This document shows positions 1-8,428 of a DNA stretch of 64,000 bases, piece after piece. The position numbers and the translations under genes were made by a program. Under the pieces are notes generated by a model, which saw only the letters and a list, made by a program, of their open reading frames with translations, was not told where the DNA came from and did not search any database. Every line of letters starts with the position of its first letter. Within the stretch, counting starts at the first letter, position 1. This DNA comes from Bacteroidales bacterium (GTDB lineage: Bacteria; Bacteroidota; Bacteroidia; Bacteroidales; VadinHA17): positions 6,234 to 70,233 of the forward strand of contig WXFE01000017.1 of NCBI GenBank assembly GCA_009881065.1, in the 5' to 3' direction.

Positions 1-1
1 G

Positions 2-160
2 AGCGACCTCCGTTACCGCGACTCGGAAGTGGTCAGACAGTACGGCCTTACCGAAATCCCCGCCAGCTTCCTCATTGACCGTGAAGGAAGAGTGAGAGCG
101 GTTAACCTCAGGGGCAATGACCTTCAGAAAAAGCTGGAGGAACTGCTGGAGGCTCAGTAG
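2..160 (+). CDS. 3' end of a TlpA/ResA-like thiol:disulfide oxidoreductase (5' partial, runs off the window)
   Basis: Frame 2 is open from the window edge to TAG 158-160. It reads ...VVRQYGLTEIPASFLIDREGRVRAVNLRGNDLQKKLEELLEAQ, the typical C-terminal end of TlpA-like thioredoxin-fold proteins. Confidence 0.6.
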   Translation, partial: SDLRYRDSEVVRQYGLTEIPASFLIDREGRVRAVNLRGNDLQKKLEELLEAQ

Positions 161-207
161 CCAGTGCCGATTTTTAGTTTAATTTGTACCCGAAATATCA
201 AAAAGGA

Positions 208-1368
208 ATGAAGAGATTTTTACCTGTGCTCCTGGCCGTATCTCTCCTGGCAGGCTGCAACAACGAAAATAAAGTGGTAATAAAGGGTTCCTTTACCGTG
301 CCGGCTGAAGGTGTGGTATACCTTGACCAGTCTGAAGTTGACCGGAATATAAGGGTCGACTCGGCCATGATAAAAAGAGGACAGTTTAAATTCGTAACCG
401 AGGTGACGGGTCCGGAGTTCTACCAGCTGAGATTCACTGGCAATGAGTTCGTGGCGCTGCTGGTAATGCCGGGCGAGAATATATCCCTCGAAATTGGGAA
501 AACACCGGTTGCAATGAATTACACCGTGCAGGGTTCGCCGGGATCGGCAGACATACGGATGCTTGACCAGCAGCTGCTGGTGACAAAAACAAGGCTCGAT
601 TCAATAAGCAATATCTACAACTCCCTCAGCGCAAATGATATGGATATCCGCGGAGCGGAGCTTCAGAAGGCATACACGGAAGTTGTAGACGCACAACGCA
701 AATTCAACATCAAATTTGTGGTGGAGAATATAAGCTCAATGTCATCAATACAGGCTCTTTACCAGAGGATCGACGAAAACACATATGTCCTTTATCAGCC
801 CCGCGACCTTCAGTACCTGAAGATCGTATCTGATTCACTTTCGGTCCGCTATCCGGTTTCGCGCCATGTGCGCGCACTTAAGGAAAACGTCACCACGGAG
901 CTGAACCAGATGTACATCGACCGGATCTCATCCATTGCCATGCAAATGCCTGAAACCAGTTCATCACCGGAACTTCCTGACATCAATGGCAAAATGGTCA
1001 GCGTTGCATCACTCAAGGGAAAATATGTGCTGGTCTCATTCTGGAGCACCACCTCGGAAGAATCGATGAATCAGCTGCCGGTACTCAGGTCTATCTATAA
1101 CGACTATCACAGGAAAGGACTGGAAATCTACCAGATCAGTCTTGACCCTGATGCCGAACGATGGAAAAACGTGGTACGGTACGAGGAGATACCATGGATC
1201 AGCGTCAGGGAGCCTGACCCGGAAAATCCGGTTTATGCACGGCTGATGAATATCACATACCTCCCCTCAAACCTGCTTTATGACCCGCAGGGCAATATAA
1301 TAAACACCAACCTGACAGGGCGCAATCTGCTTATCAGGATGGACCAGTTATTCAACAAACAGAGGTGA
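208..1368 (+). CDS. Lipoprotein with C-terminal TlpA-like thioredoxin fold; active-site CxxC replaced by SxxS
   Basis: ORF track 184-1368 starts at a TTG; I prefer ATG 208 (MKRFLPVLLAVSLLAGC lipobox). The C-terminal half aligns to the TlpA/AhpC-TSA pattern (GKYVLVSFW....LPVLRSIYNDYHRKGLEIYQISLD...YLPSNLLYDPQGNII). The motif reads FWSTTSEES instead of FWASWCxPC. Confidence 0.75.
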   Translation: MKRFLPVLLAVSLLAGCNNENKVVIKGSFTVPAEGVVYLDQSEVDRNIRVDSAMIKRGQFKFVTEVTGPEFYQLRFTGNEFVALLVMPGENISLEIGKTPVAMNYTVQGSPGSADIRMLDQQLLVTKTRLDSISNIYNSLSANDMDIRGAELQKAYTEVVDAQRKFNIKFVVENISSMSSIQALYQRIDENTYVLYQPRDLQYLKIVSDSLSVRYPVSRHVRALKENVTTELNQMYIDRISSIAMQMPETSSSPELPDINGKMVSVASLKGKYVLVSFWSTTSEESMNQLPVLRSIYNDYHRKGLEIYQISLDPDAERWKNVVRYEEIPWISVREPDPENPVYARLMNITYLPSNLLYDPQGNIINTNLTGRNLLIRMDQLFNKQR

Positions 1369-1369
1369 T

Positions 1370-2116
1370 TTGGAAACCCGGAAAGCATATTTTGCCTCTG
1401 ACTTTCACCTGGGACTGGCCGCAGGGACTGATCCCCGTGAATGCGAGCAGAGAGTGACAGCATGGCTTGACCGGGTGTCAAAAGATGCAGAGTCTGTCTG
1501 GCTGCTGGGCGACGTGTTTGATTTCTGGTGGGAGTACAAGAAGGTGATCCCGAAAGGATTCACAAGGTTTCTGGGCAGGCTTGCCTCTCTGACTGACAGC
1601 GGAATAAAGGTACATGTCTTTACCGGTAACCATGATATGTGGATGAAAGGCTACCTGGCCGAAGAATGTGGCGTTACAGTACATTATGAACCCCTCGTCA
1701 CAACCATCGGAGGAGAGCTGTTTTATCTGGCCCATGGCGAAGGACTCGGAAGCAGAAGGATCAGGGAGAGGCTGCTCTTCAGCTTGTTCCGGAACAGGAT
1801 CGCGAGTATTCTCTTCTCTGCCATCCACCCGCGGTGGGGTGTGGCTATAGGACATGCATGGTCAAAAAACAGCAGGCTGGCAAGGCATATATCTCCTCCA
1901 TTCATGGGTGAGGAGAAGGAAGAGCTCATCAGGCATACAAGAAGTGTTGCAGCGGCAGGATGCAGGGCGAAGTATTACATCTACGGTCACAGGCACCTGC
2001 CACTGACATTTGATGAGGATGGGAGAAGGATGATAATCCTGGGCGACTGGTCCGGCTGCCGTGAGAGTTATGCCGTGTATGACGGAAAGGAACTCACGCT
2101 GGTCACTGTGCAATAA
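1370..2116 (+). CDS. lpxH: UDP-2,3-diacylglucosamine diphosphatase-like metallophosphoesterase (LpxH family)
   Basis: TTG start 1 nt after the upstream stop. Calcineurin-like motifs are present: SDFHLG, LLGDVFDFWWEY, TGNHDMW, GHRH. Confidence 0.7.
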   Translation: METRKAYFASDFHLGLAAGTDPRECEQRVTAWLDRVSKDAESVWLLGDVFDFWWEYKKVIPKGFTRFLGRLASLTDSGIKVHVFTGNHDMWMKGYLAEECGVTVHYEPLVTTIGGELFYLAHGEGLGSRRIRERLLFSLFRNRIASILFSAIHPRWGVAIGHAWSKNSRLARHISPPFMGEEKEELIRHTRSVAAAGCRAKYYIYGHRHLPLTFDEDGRRMIILGDWSGCRESYAVYDGKELTLVTVQ

Positions 2117-2378
2117 GATTCCTGTGCCGGCAGCGCCCCGGCCATCCTGTCTTGAGATTCCTGTGCGGGAAGGGCCGGACACCCTCCAATGATATTCCCG
2201 TGCCGGCAGCGCCGGTTTTCCTGCAATGATATTCCTGTACCGGCAGCACTGGACACCCTGCAATGAGATTTCTGTGCCGGTCAAGCCTCAGCCACCCTGC
2301 AATGAGATTCCCGAGCCGGCAGCGTCGGACACTCAGTAATGAGATTTCTGTGCCGGCACCGCCGGACACCCGGACAAT
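2115..2378. repeat. Tandem array, 7 degenerate units of 37-39 bp, consensus GAGATTCCTGTGCCGGCAGCGCCGGACACCCTGCAAT
   Basis: Units start at 2115, 2154, 2191, 2228, 2265, 2304 and 2341. Each contains a CCGGC-AGC-GCCGG type hairpin. The array fills the convergent gap between lpxH (stop 2114-2116) and the gene ending at 2396. Confidence 0.9.
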
Positions 2379-2395
2379 CAAAAGATTAATTCAGA

Positions 2396-3550
2396 TTAAC
2401 CTGCCACGGGCGACTTGAATCCTTTGGCCCTCACCCTGACAGTTACGGTGTAATAGGCATATTCGTCATTCACATCATCGAACTTGTAGGTAAGCCTGTT
2501 TCCTGACCTGCGGGCCATCTCCAGCAGACCCATATAGCCGGTGGAAACCTTTGACATATCCTGTCCCATCAGTGCCACCTTGAGCAGTTTCTTAAGCCCC
2601 TCCTCATCATACCTGTTAACCATGTCAAGCTTCTGTGTAAGGTAATCAGTGTCGCTTTTCCTGATCAGGTTTCCCGAGGTGATTATGAATGATGCCGGTG
2701 TTCTCCGTATCATGGCGAGGGGGATGCCGAAGTGCTTCTCAGCCTCAAAGCCCGGGCTGTGCTGTGCCACATTCTGAAGCAGTTCAATGAGTGTGGCAAA
2801 AACGCGCTTGTGGAGATTCTGTTCCAGTTCGGCCTCGCGCATTGTTGTCTCGCTGAAGTTCAGCAGTTCCTTGCTGATGGCATGGGTCATGGGCCCTGCC
2901 CAGATAAAAAAGATATTGTTTGACTTCATCATCCGCTCCATCTGCATTATCCTTTTAGAGTCAAACGTGCTCTCGCCCTGGTCCTGTTCGGGCGTTGTAA
3001 TCCCCTTACCGCCGGAATCAATGGTCTTGCTGAGAATGAAATAGGAATACCTGTCATCTATCGGGTAGAAATCATAGTCAAGCCTGTTTCCCGTCTTGCG
3101 GGCCATCTCCATCAGGCCCAGTCCTGCCCCGCCCTTCTTGCCGATTTTGGTATCCTGGAGCATGGTTCTGTAGACCTCCCGTATCTTGTCAGGATCAAGA
3201 TTGTTGATCTTCTGAAGGTTTTTTCTGAGCCCCCTGACCTCGCTCTTTTTGAGCGCATTGCCCGTGCTGACGGTGTAGCCGTCGGGGGTTTTGCTGTAAA
3301 CAACCAGGGAGGTGATGTCCTCACTCCGGGAGATGCCATGCCTGGTTATATTCTGGAGGTTTTCAAGGACGAACATGAAGAGCCGTTTGCGTCCCAGCAT
3401 GCTGAAGTCAGAAAACTCCATCTCACGTTCCAGCAGGGTCAGAAGGCTGACGGAGTTATCTCCTGTCACCTCTCCCCTGTAGGCGAACATCAGGTGTTCA
3501 TCTGAAAGCTTCTTCCGTAATTTCTTAATGAGTTTCATACAATCCGACAA
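2396..3550 (-). CDS. Tandem (two-domain) SiaB-like / DUF6272-type GHKL protein kinase (anti-sigma-factor-like)
   Basis: 384 aa with two homologous halves. Each half has an N-terminal ...F.Y.GE/GP...LL...E and a ...R.F..L.E.LQN..(R)H motif, plus a G-box: KKGGAGLGLMEMARKTGNRLDYDF in one and STGYMGLLEMARRSGNRLTYKF in the other. Confidence 0.6.
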   Translation of the reverse strand: MSDCMKLIKKLRKKLSDEHLMFAYRGEVTGDNSVSLLTLLEREMEFSDFSMLGRKRLFMFVLENLQNITRHGISRSEDITSLVVYSKTPDGYTVSTGNALKKSEVRGLRKNLQKINNLDPDKIREVYRTMLQDTKIGKKGGAGLGLMEMARKTGNRLDYDFYPIDDRYSYFILSKTIDSGGKGITTPEQDQGESTFDSKRIMQMERMMKSNNIFFIWAGPMTHAISKELLNFSETTMREAELEQNLHKRVFATLIELLQNVAQHSPGFEAEKHFGIPLAMIRRTPASFIITSGNLIRKSDTDYLTQKLDMVNRYDEEGLKKLLKVALMGQDMSKVSTGYMGLLEMARRSGNRLTYKFDDVNDEYAYYTVTVRVRAKGFKSPVAG

Positions 3551-3622
3551 AATGAAGTATCAATATTCCCATGAGACAAAATAAATAAAAAGAAATGTCA
3601 CAAGCTATAGTTAAAATGAATT

Positions 3623-5161
3623 TCAGCCTGCCCAGCCCTCACGGTCGAGGTTTCTGTAATTAATGGCTTCGGAAAGGTGGTCAGGCCTGATGGTTTCTGA
3701 TCGGTCGAGGTCAGCAATTGTACGGGATACCTTAAGAATTCGTTCAAAGGCGCGGGCGGAGAGTCCGCGTTTCTCCATCGCTGCCCGGAGGAGCCTTCCT
3801 CCGGCGTCATCTATGTGACAGTGCCTGCGTATCAGGGCCGGGGTCATCTGTGCATTGGAATGTATGCCATCATTGCCTGCAAATCGTTCCGACTGTAATT
3901 TGCGTGCCTCCGTCACCCGTTCCCTTATCATTGATGAACTCTCTGCCTTAGCAGTGACTGAAAGATTTTGATAGTCAACCGGCACCACTTCAATGTGAAT
4001 GTCTATCCTGTCAAGGAGGGGCCCTGAGATACGGCTCATGTATCTCTGCACCATTCCGGGGGCGCATGTGCATTCCCTCACCGGATGGTTATGAAATCCG
4101 CATGGACATGGATTCATGGAAGCGATGAGCATCACCGAGGCCGGAAAATTACAACTCTGCCTGGCACGGGCTATGGTAATAACCCTGTCTTCCAGCGGTT
4201 GCCGTAAGACTTCCAGGACACTTCTTTTGAACTCCGGCAACTCATCGAGGAAGAGCACTCCGTTATGTGCCAGGCTGATCTCCCCCGGCTGTGGCACGGA
4301 GCCACCGCCTACAAGTGATATGTCAGACGATGTATGATGAGGACTGCGGAAGGGTCTGCAGGTCATCAGCGGGATATGATTGTCTGTCTTTCCTGCCACT
4401 GAATGTATCCTTGTTGTCTCCAGCGCCTCATCGAGGGTCAGAGGCGGCAGAATGCCGGGCAGCCTGCGGGCAAGCATCGTCTTCCCGGAACCGGGCGGAC
4501 CTACCATGATTGCATTATGGTTCCCGGCCACTGCCACCTCCAGGGCGCGCTTGACATTCTCCTGGCCCTTCACATCTGCAAAGTCATTGTCATAGACATT
4601 TCCCTCGCGACTGAAAAGCTCCCTTATGTTGACTGTGACCGGCGCAGGAGTGATGTCACCCCTGAGGTAACTGAGCACCTCGCCAAGGGTATTGACACCG
4701 TAGATGGCCAATCCCTCAACCACAGCTGCTTCAGGAGCGTTGAGGGCAGGTACCATCATGCTGCTGAAGCCCTCCCCGCGTGCCTTCAGTGCCATGGGAA
4801 GCACTCCCCTGACAGGCCGTACCGCCCCGTCAAGCGAAAGCTCACCGGTGATCAGCATGCCATCAAGCCGGCTGCCGCTGACCATCTCCGAGGCAACAAG
4901 GATGCCCACGGCCAGGGGCAGATCATAGGAAGAGCCTTCTTTCCTGATATCTGCCGGTGCCATATTGATCACCACCTGCCTGCCCGGCCACCTGAGACCT
5001 ACAGCCCGCAGGGCCGACTCAATCCGCTGCTGGCTCTCCTTGACGGCAGTGTCCGGCAAACCGACAAGCATATAGCGGACACCGCGGGTGACATCCACCT
5101 CAATGGTAACCGGGGCAGCCTCAATACCGGAAACGGCAGCGCTGAAGGTCTTGACCAGCAT
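3623..5161 (-). CDS. yifB: YifB/ComM family Mg-chelatase-like ATPase
   Basis: 512 aa with an N-terminal Lon-protease-like domain, Walker A GPPGSGKTMLA, the cysteine cluster NPCPCG, and a C-terminal ChlI-like domain. Confidence 0.9.
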   Translation of the reverse strand: MLVKTFSAAVSGIEAAPVTIEVDVTRGVRYMLVGLPDTAVKESQQRIESALRAVGLRWPGRQVVINMAPADIRKEGSSYDLPLAVGILVASEMVSGSRLDGMLITGELSLDGAVRPVRGVLPMALKARGEGFSSMMVPALNAPEAAVVEGLAIYGVNTLGEVLSYLRGDITPAPVTVNIRELFSREGNVYDNDFADVKGQENVKRALEVAVAGNHNAIMVGPPGSGKTMLARRLPGILPPLTLDEALETTRIHSVAGKTDNHIPLMTCRPFRSPHHTSSDISLVGGGSVPQPGEISLAHNGVLFLDELPEFKRSVLEVLRQPLEDRVITIARARQSCNFPASVMLIASMNPCPCGFHNHPVRECTCAPGMVQRYMSRISGPLLDRIDIHIEVVPVDYQNLSVTAKAESSSMIRERVTEARKLQSERFAGNDGIHSNAQMTPALIRRHCHIDDAGGRLLRAAMEKRGLSARAFERILKVSRTIADLDRSETIRPDHLSEAINYRNLDREGWAG

Positions 5162-5263
5162 GACTCAGTCTTTATGTTGCACAATAAAAGGAGGAAATGC
5201 AGCATAAATTTAAGCAATCGGAATATAAGATGCAACAGTCAGTGGAATAAAACCGGGGGCCGG

Positions 5264-5500
5264 CCGCAGGGTGTCAGGTGGCAGGATGGCCAGGCTTTCT
5301 GTTCTGCATGTCCCTGGCGCGGTTTTGTATCAACCGCCGCAGGCCGCCAGGGTGGGCAGCCGTTCAGTTTGCCAGATTCCTGAAGGAGGATTGTATCAAC
5401 CGCCGCAGGCCGCCAGGGTGGGCTGCCGTCAGAATGGCCAAATTTACCGCTCTTCACATCCCTGGCGGAGTTTTGCACCTGCCGCCCAAAGCTGCAAGGG
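5264..5500. repeat. Interleaved GC-rich repeat modules (A/B) with mutually complementary 8-mers
   Basis: A 38/39-nt near-identical direct repeat occurs at 5325-5363 and 5391-5429 (period 66). A module A (CA..TCCCTGGCG..GTTTTG.A.C) occurs at 5307-5340 and 5455-5486. CCCTGGCG in A is complementary to CGCCAGGG in B (5345-5352, 5411-5418). Confidence 0.85.
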
Positions 5501-5573
5501 TTACCAGGTTTTTCATTCTTCTGATTTTTGACGGAGCACATAAAATTCACTTGCAAATAATAAAACAACATAT

Positions 5574-5581
5574 TATATTTG
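5574..5581 (+). promoter_or_regulatory. Bacteroidetes-type -7 promoter box TATATTTG upstream of the TetR gene
   Basis: Exact match to TAnnTTTG, 45 nt upstream of ATG 5626. An imperfect inverted repeat TTAAACT-ATAC-AGTTAA at 5604-5620 lies between the box and the ATG and is a possible TetR operator. Confidence 0.45.
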
Positions 5582-5625
5582 ACCCCATGGTTAATTCATT
5601 TGGTTAAACTATACAGTTAATAATT

Positions 5626-6259
5626 ATGGCAAAGGCGGTAGTAACTGACAGCCAGACAAGGCTTAAGATATTCAGGGCAGCCTCGGATATTTTTGAAGAG
5701 AAGGGCTATGAAGGCGCCAGGATGCAGGAAATTGCAGACAGGGCCGGTATTAACAAGGCTTTGCTGCACTATTACTTCCGCAGCAAGGATCAGCTCTTTA
5801 TGTCAGTATTCCAGGTGCTTCTGAAGAAGATGTTTGAAAGAATCATGACAATAGTTACTGCCGACATCACTTTCAGGGAAAAGATAAGACAGTTTATTGA
5901 TCATCACATTGACTTCCTGAACAAAAATCCCAAACTGCCTATTTCCTTCTTAACGAAGTCGCAAGGAATCCTTCCGTTGCTGCGGAACTGAAGGAGACAT
6001 TCCCGTACGAAGAGATACTTGACCTGATATACGAAAAGCATGCAAAGGAACTCAAGGGTTACGGCATAAAAAAAGTGATTTGCCGCAGTTGCTGATCACC
6101 ATTGTTTCAATGTCGGTATTCCCCTATGCGGCTCGCCACATGATAGCCTTCATGATGCCCCGGATGCGTGAAAACAGAAGGTTTAAAGCATTCATGGATG
6201 AACGGAAGGAATTTGCCACCGACTTCATCCTCAACTCCCTGAAACAAAGGAAAAAATGA
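5626..6259 (+). pseudogene. TetR/AcrR-family regulator (CecR/YbiH-like position) interrupted by two -1 frameshifts
   Basis: The N-terminal HTH (RMQEIADRAGINKALLHYYFRSKDQLF) is in frame 1 to about 5940. Translation continues as FLLNEVARNPSVAAELKETFPYEEILDLIYEKHAKELKGYGIKK in frame 3, then SDLPQLLITIVSMSVFPYAARHMIAFMMPR...LNSLKQRKK in frame 2. The second shift is inside the A7 run at 6068-6074. The final TGA overlaps the tolC-like ATG (ATGA 6256-6259). Confidence 0.8.
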
Positions 6260-7545
6260 AGAGACTGGCCTTTCTGACGATACTGATCCTGCCGGTATTG
6301 CCTCTCACGGCACAGCAGACAGTAACCCTGTGGCAGTGCTACGACTCTGCCGCCGTCATATCGCCTCTCTCGGGAGAGAGAGAACTCTACGCGGGCATGA
6401 CACTGCTGCGTGACCGTAACCTCGCTGCCGCATGGCTTCCCTCCCTTGACCTGGGGGGCTCATTCAACTATCATTCGGATGTTGTTGATGTTTCCGAGAT
6501 GCCTGGCTCCATGCCGGTACCTCCGGAGGTGCTCCCCTCAATACCGAATGAGCAGTACAGGGCCACGGTTGACCTGAGCCAGGTTATCTGGGACGGCGGG
6601 GTGACCCGCAGCGCACGCGAGGTGGAAAGGGTGGTCAGCGAGCTAAATATGCAGCAAAGCGAAGCCGATATATATCGTCTTCGTGAACAGGTTAACAACC
6701 TCTTCTTTCCGATCCTCCTCGTACGAAGCCAGGCTGAAGTGACCGCGGTGCTGATCTCTGAGCTGGAAGCCCGTATCAGTGAAGCCGAATCGGGAGTGAA
6801 GAACGGTGTGCTCCTGCCGGTTACCCTTGACGTTCTTAATGCAGAGATGATAAAGGCTGAGCAGGCTGCTGCTGAGCTCGATCGAAGGCATGAAGCGCTG
6901 GCTCGTGCCCTGGAGCAACTCACAGGAATGAGTGGGCTGAAATATGCCGTGCTGGAACTGCCCGATCACTTCATAACCGGCAATGAAAAGATGGAGAATC
7001 CTGACCTGCAGCTCTTTGATATCCGCAGCCGGCAGCTTGAATTATCCAAAAACCTCCTGAAGAGTCAGAGGATGCCGAGGCTCTTTGGTTTCATGCAGGC
7101 AGGCTATGGCAATCCACCCGGAAACAACTTTCTTTCCGATAAGGCAGACGTCTTTTACTCGCTGGGTGCCGGACTGAAATGGAACATATACGACTGGAAA
7201 AAGAACAGCAATGAACAGAAGACCCTGACGATTCAGCAGCAGCTTCTGGAAATCAGGAAAGGTGCAGCGGAAGAGTCGCTGGAGCGTATGCTAACCCTTA
7301 AGATGGCAGAGATTGAGTCTCTGCATGAGGCTGCTGGTCGCGACAAGGAGCTGATAGAGATTCGCAGCCGCATCACTGCCGCTGCTGCATCGCAGCTGAA
7401 GAACGGAACTATCACTGCCTCGCAGTACATGACGGAGCTGAACAATGAGAAGCAGGCCGTCATTGCGGCAGCGGCCAGGAAGATAAGCATTGCCAGGGCC
7501 GAAACGGAATATCTCTATATAACAGGATACAAAACAGAGGAATAA
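6256..7545 (+). CDS. TolC-family outer membrane efflux protein
   Basis: 429 aa with a signal peptide and the duplicated coiled-coil/beta architecture typical of OEP/TolC proteins. It is the first gene after the TetR gene in the efflux operon. Confidence 0.85.
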   Translation: MKRLAFLTILILPVLPLTAQQTVTLWQCYDSAAVISPLSGERELYAGMTLLRDRNLAAAWLPSLDLGGSFNYHSDVVDVSEMPGSMPVPPEVLPSIPNEQYRATVDLSQVIWDGGVTRSAREVERVVSELNMQQSEADIYRLREQVNNLFFPILLVRSQAEVTAVLISELEARISEAESGVKNGVLLPVTLDVLNAEMIKAEQAAAELDRRHEALARALEQLTGMSGLKYAVLELPDHFITGNEKMENPDLQLFDIRSRQLELSKNLLKSQRMPRLFGFMQAGYGNPPGNNFLSDKADVFYSLGAGLKWNIYDWKKNSNEQKTLTIQQQLLEIRKGAAEESLERMLTLKMAEIESLHEAAGRDKELIEIRSRITAAAASQLKNGTITASQYMTELNNEKQAVIAAAARKISIARAETEYLYITGYKTEE

Positions 7546-7546
7546 T

Positions 7547-8428
7547 ATGAAAAGAGCGGTAATACCAATTGTTCTGCTCCTGGCCGCCGCCGGATGCCAC
7601 CGCGGTGAGAGCGACGCTGATGCCTGGGGCACCTTCATGGCTGACGAGGTGATCATCTCTGCCGAGACCTCAGGCAGGATCATCAGCATGGATGTGACGG
7701 AGGGTATGCTGGTAGCGGGTGGCGCCGTCATCGCCGTCACCGACACGACGATGGCGGTGTTGCAGCGTGGTGAGCTTGATGCGGTGACGGCGCAGGCGCA
7801 GGCGCGCCTGGCGGGCATAGCGGCGCAGGACGCGGTCATACGCCAGCAGATGGATAACCTGTCAGTCAACATTGAGCGTACGCGCCGCATGCTCGCTGAC
7901 GGCGCCGCCACCCGCAAACAGCTCGATGACCTCACCGGACAGATGGAGGTGCTCCGCCTGCAGGCTGAGGCCAACGCCACACAGCGACGCTCAGTGGCGG
8001 CAGAACAGCAGGGCATAACAGCCAAACGGGCCGTACTAGATGAACAGATAGCCCGCAGCACCGTCTGCGCTCCCTGCGAGGCAACCGTTATTGAGAAATA
8101 TGCCTCGGCACACGAACTGACATCAGCAGGCAAACCACTGGTGAAGCTGGCAAACATGAATACCATGAAGCTGAAGGTGTGGGTCAGCGGTGCACAACTG
8201 GCAGAGGTGAAAACAGGAACAACATGCACCGTACGCATCGACCAGGGTAAAAAGGAATTCAAAAACTACACGGGCACAATTACCCATATATCAGAAAAGG
8301 CTGAGTTCACTCCTAAAATCATTCAGACAAAAGAAGAGCGGGTGACACTGGTCTACGCGGTTACCATTGAGGTGCAAAACGACGGCTCAATCAAGTCAGG
8401 CATGCCCGGAGAGGCAATATTCAACTGA
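7547..8428 (+). CDS. HlyD/YbhG-like periplasmic adaptor (membrane fusion) lipoprotein
   Basis: Lipobox LLLAAAGC, a long central coiled coil, and a C-terminal barrel ending in GMPGEAIF. It starts 1 nt after the tolC-like stop. Confidence 0.85.
   Translation: MKRAVIPIVLLLAAAGCHRGESDADAWGTFMADEVIISAETSGRIISMDVTEGMLVAGGAVIAVTDTTMAVLQRGELDAVTAQAQARLAGIAAQDAVIRQQMDNLSVNIERTRRMLADGAATRKQLDDLTGQMEVLRLQAEANATQRRSVAAEQQGITAKRAVLDEQIARSTVCAPCEATVIEKYASAHELTSAGKPLVKLANMNTMKLKVWVSGAQLAEVKTGTTCTVRIDQGKKEFKNYTGTITHISEKAEFTPKIIQTKEERVTLVYAVTIEVQNDGSIKSGMPGEAIFN

Noticed and set aside
184-207. The track start (TTG 184) for the first lipoprotein, and TTG 45666 for the C10 peptidase.
   Set aside because: In both cases a downstream ATG (208 and 45654) begins directly with a canonical signal or lipoprotein peptide. 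For the peptidase, the -7 box at 45672-45679 would also place the TSS too close to the TTG.
2103-2381. The 37-39 bp array considered as a CRISPR locus, or as the 92-aa minus-strand ORF with RHRNLIAG repeats.
   Set aside because: The units are directly contiguous with no unique spacers, and they are too diverged from one another for CRISPR repeats. No cas genes are nearby. The ORF is simply the translation of the repeat, with no start context or family resemblance.
4403-5383. A 326-aa plus-strand ORF antisense to yifB. Similar long antisense ORFs occur at 7291-8262 (antisense to the HlyD gene), 31120-31776 (antisense to mutL), 1862-2284, 35813-36322 and 43007-43492.
   Set aside because: These are shadow ORFs in GC-rich coding DNA. 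Each fully overlaps a gene with unmistakable family motifs on the other strand. Their translations are low-complexity (R/A/G/P-rich) with no recognisable domains.
5239-5607. ORFs of 110, 86 and 109 aa spanning the 5264-5500 repeat region.
   Set aside because: Their open frames are a by-product of the GC-rich repeats (repeated RRRPPGWAAV peptides). They overlap each other on both strands, and none has a plausible start or family match.
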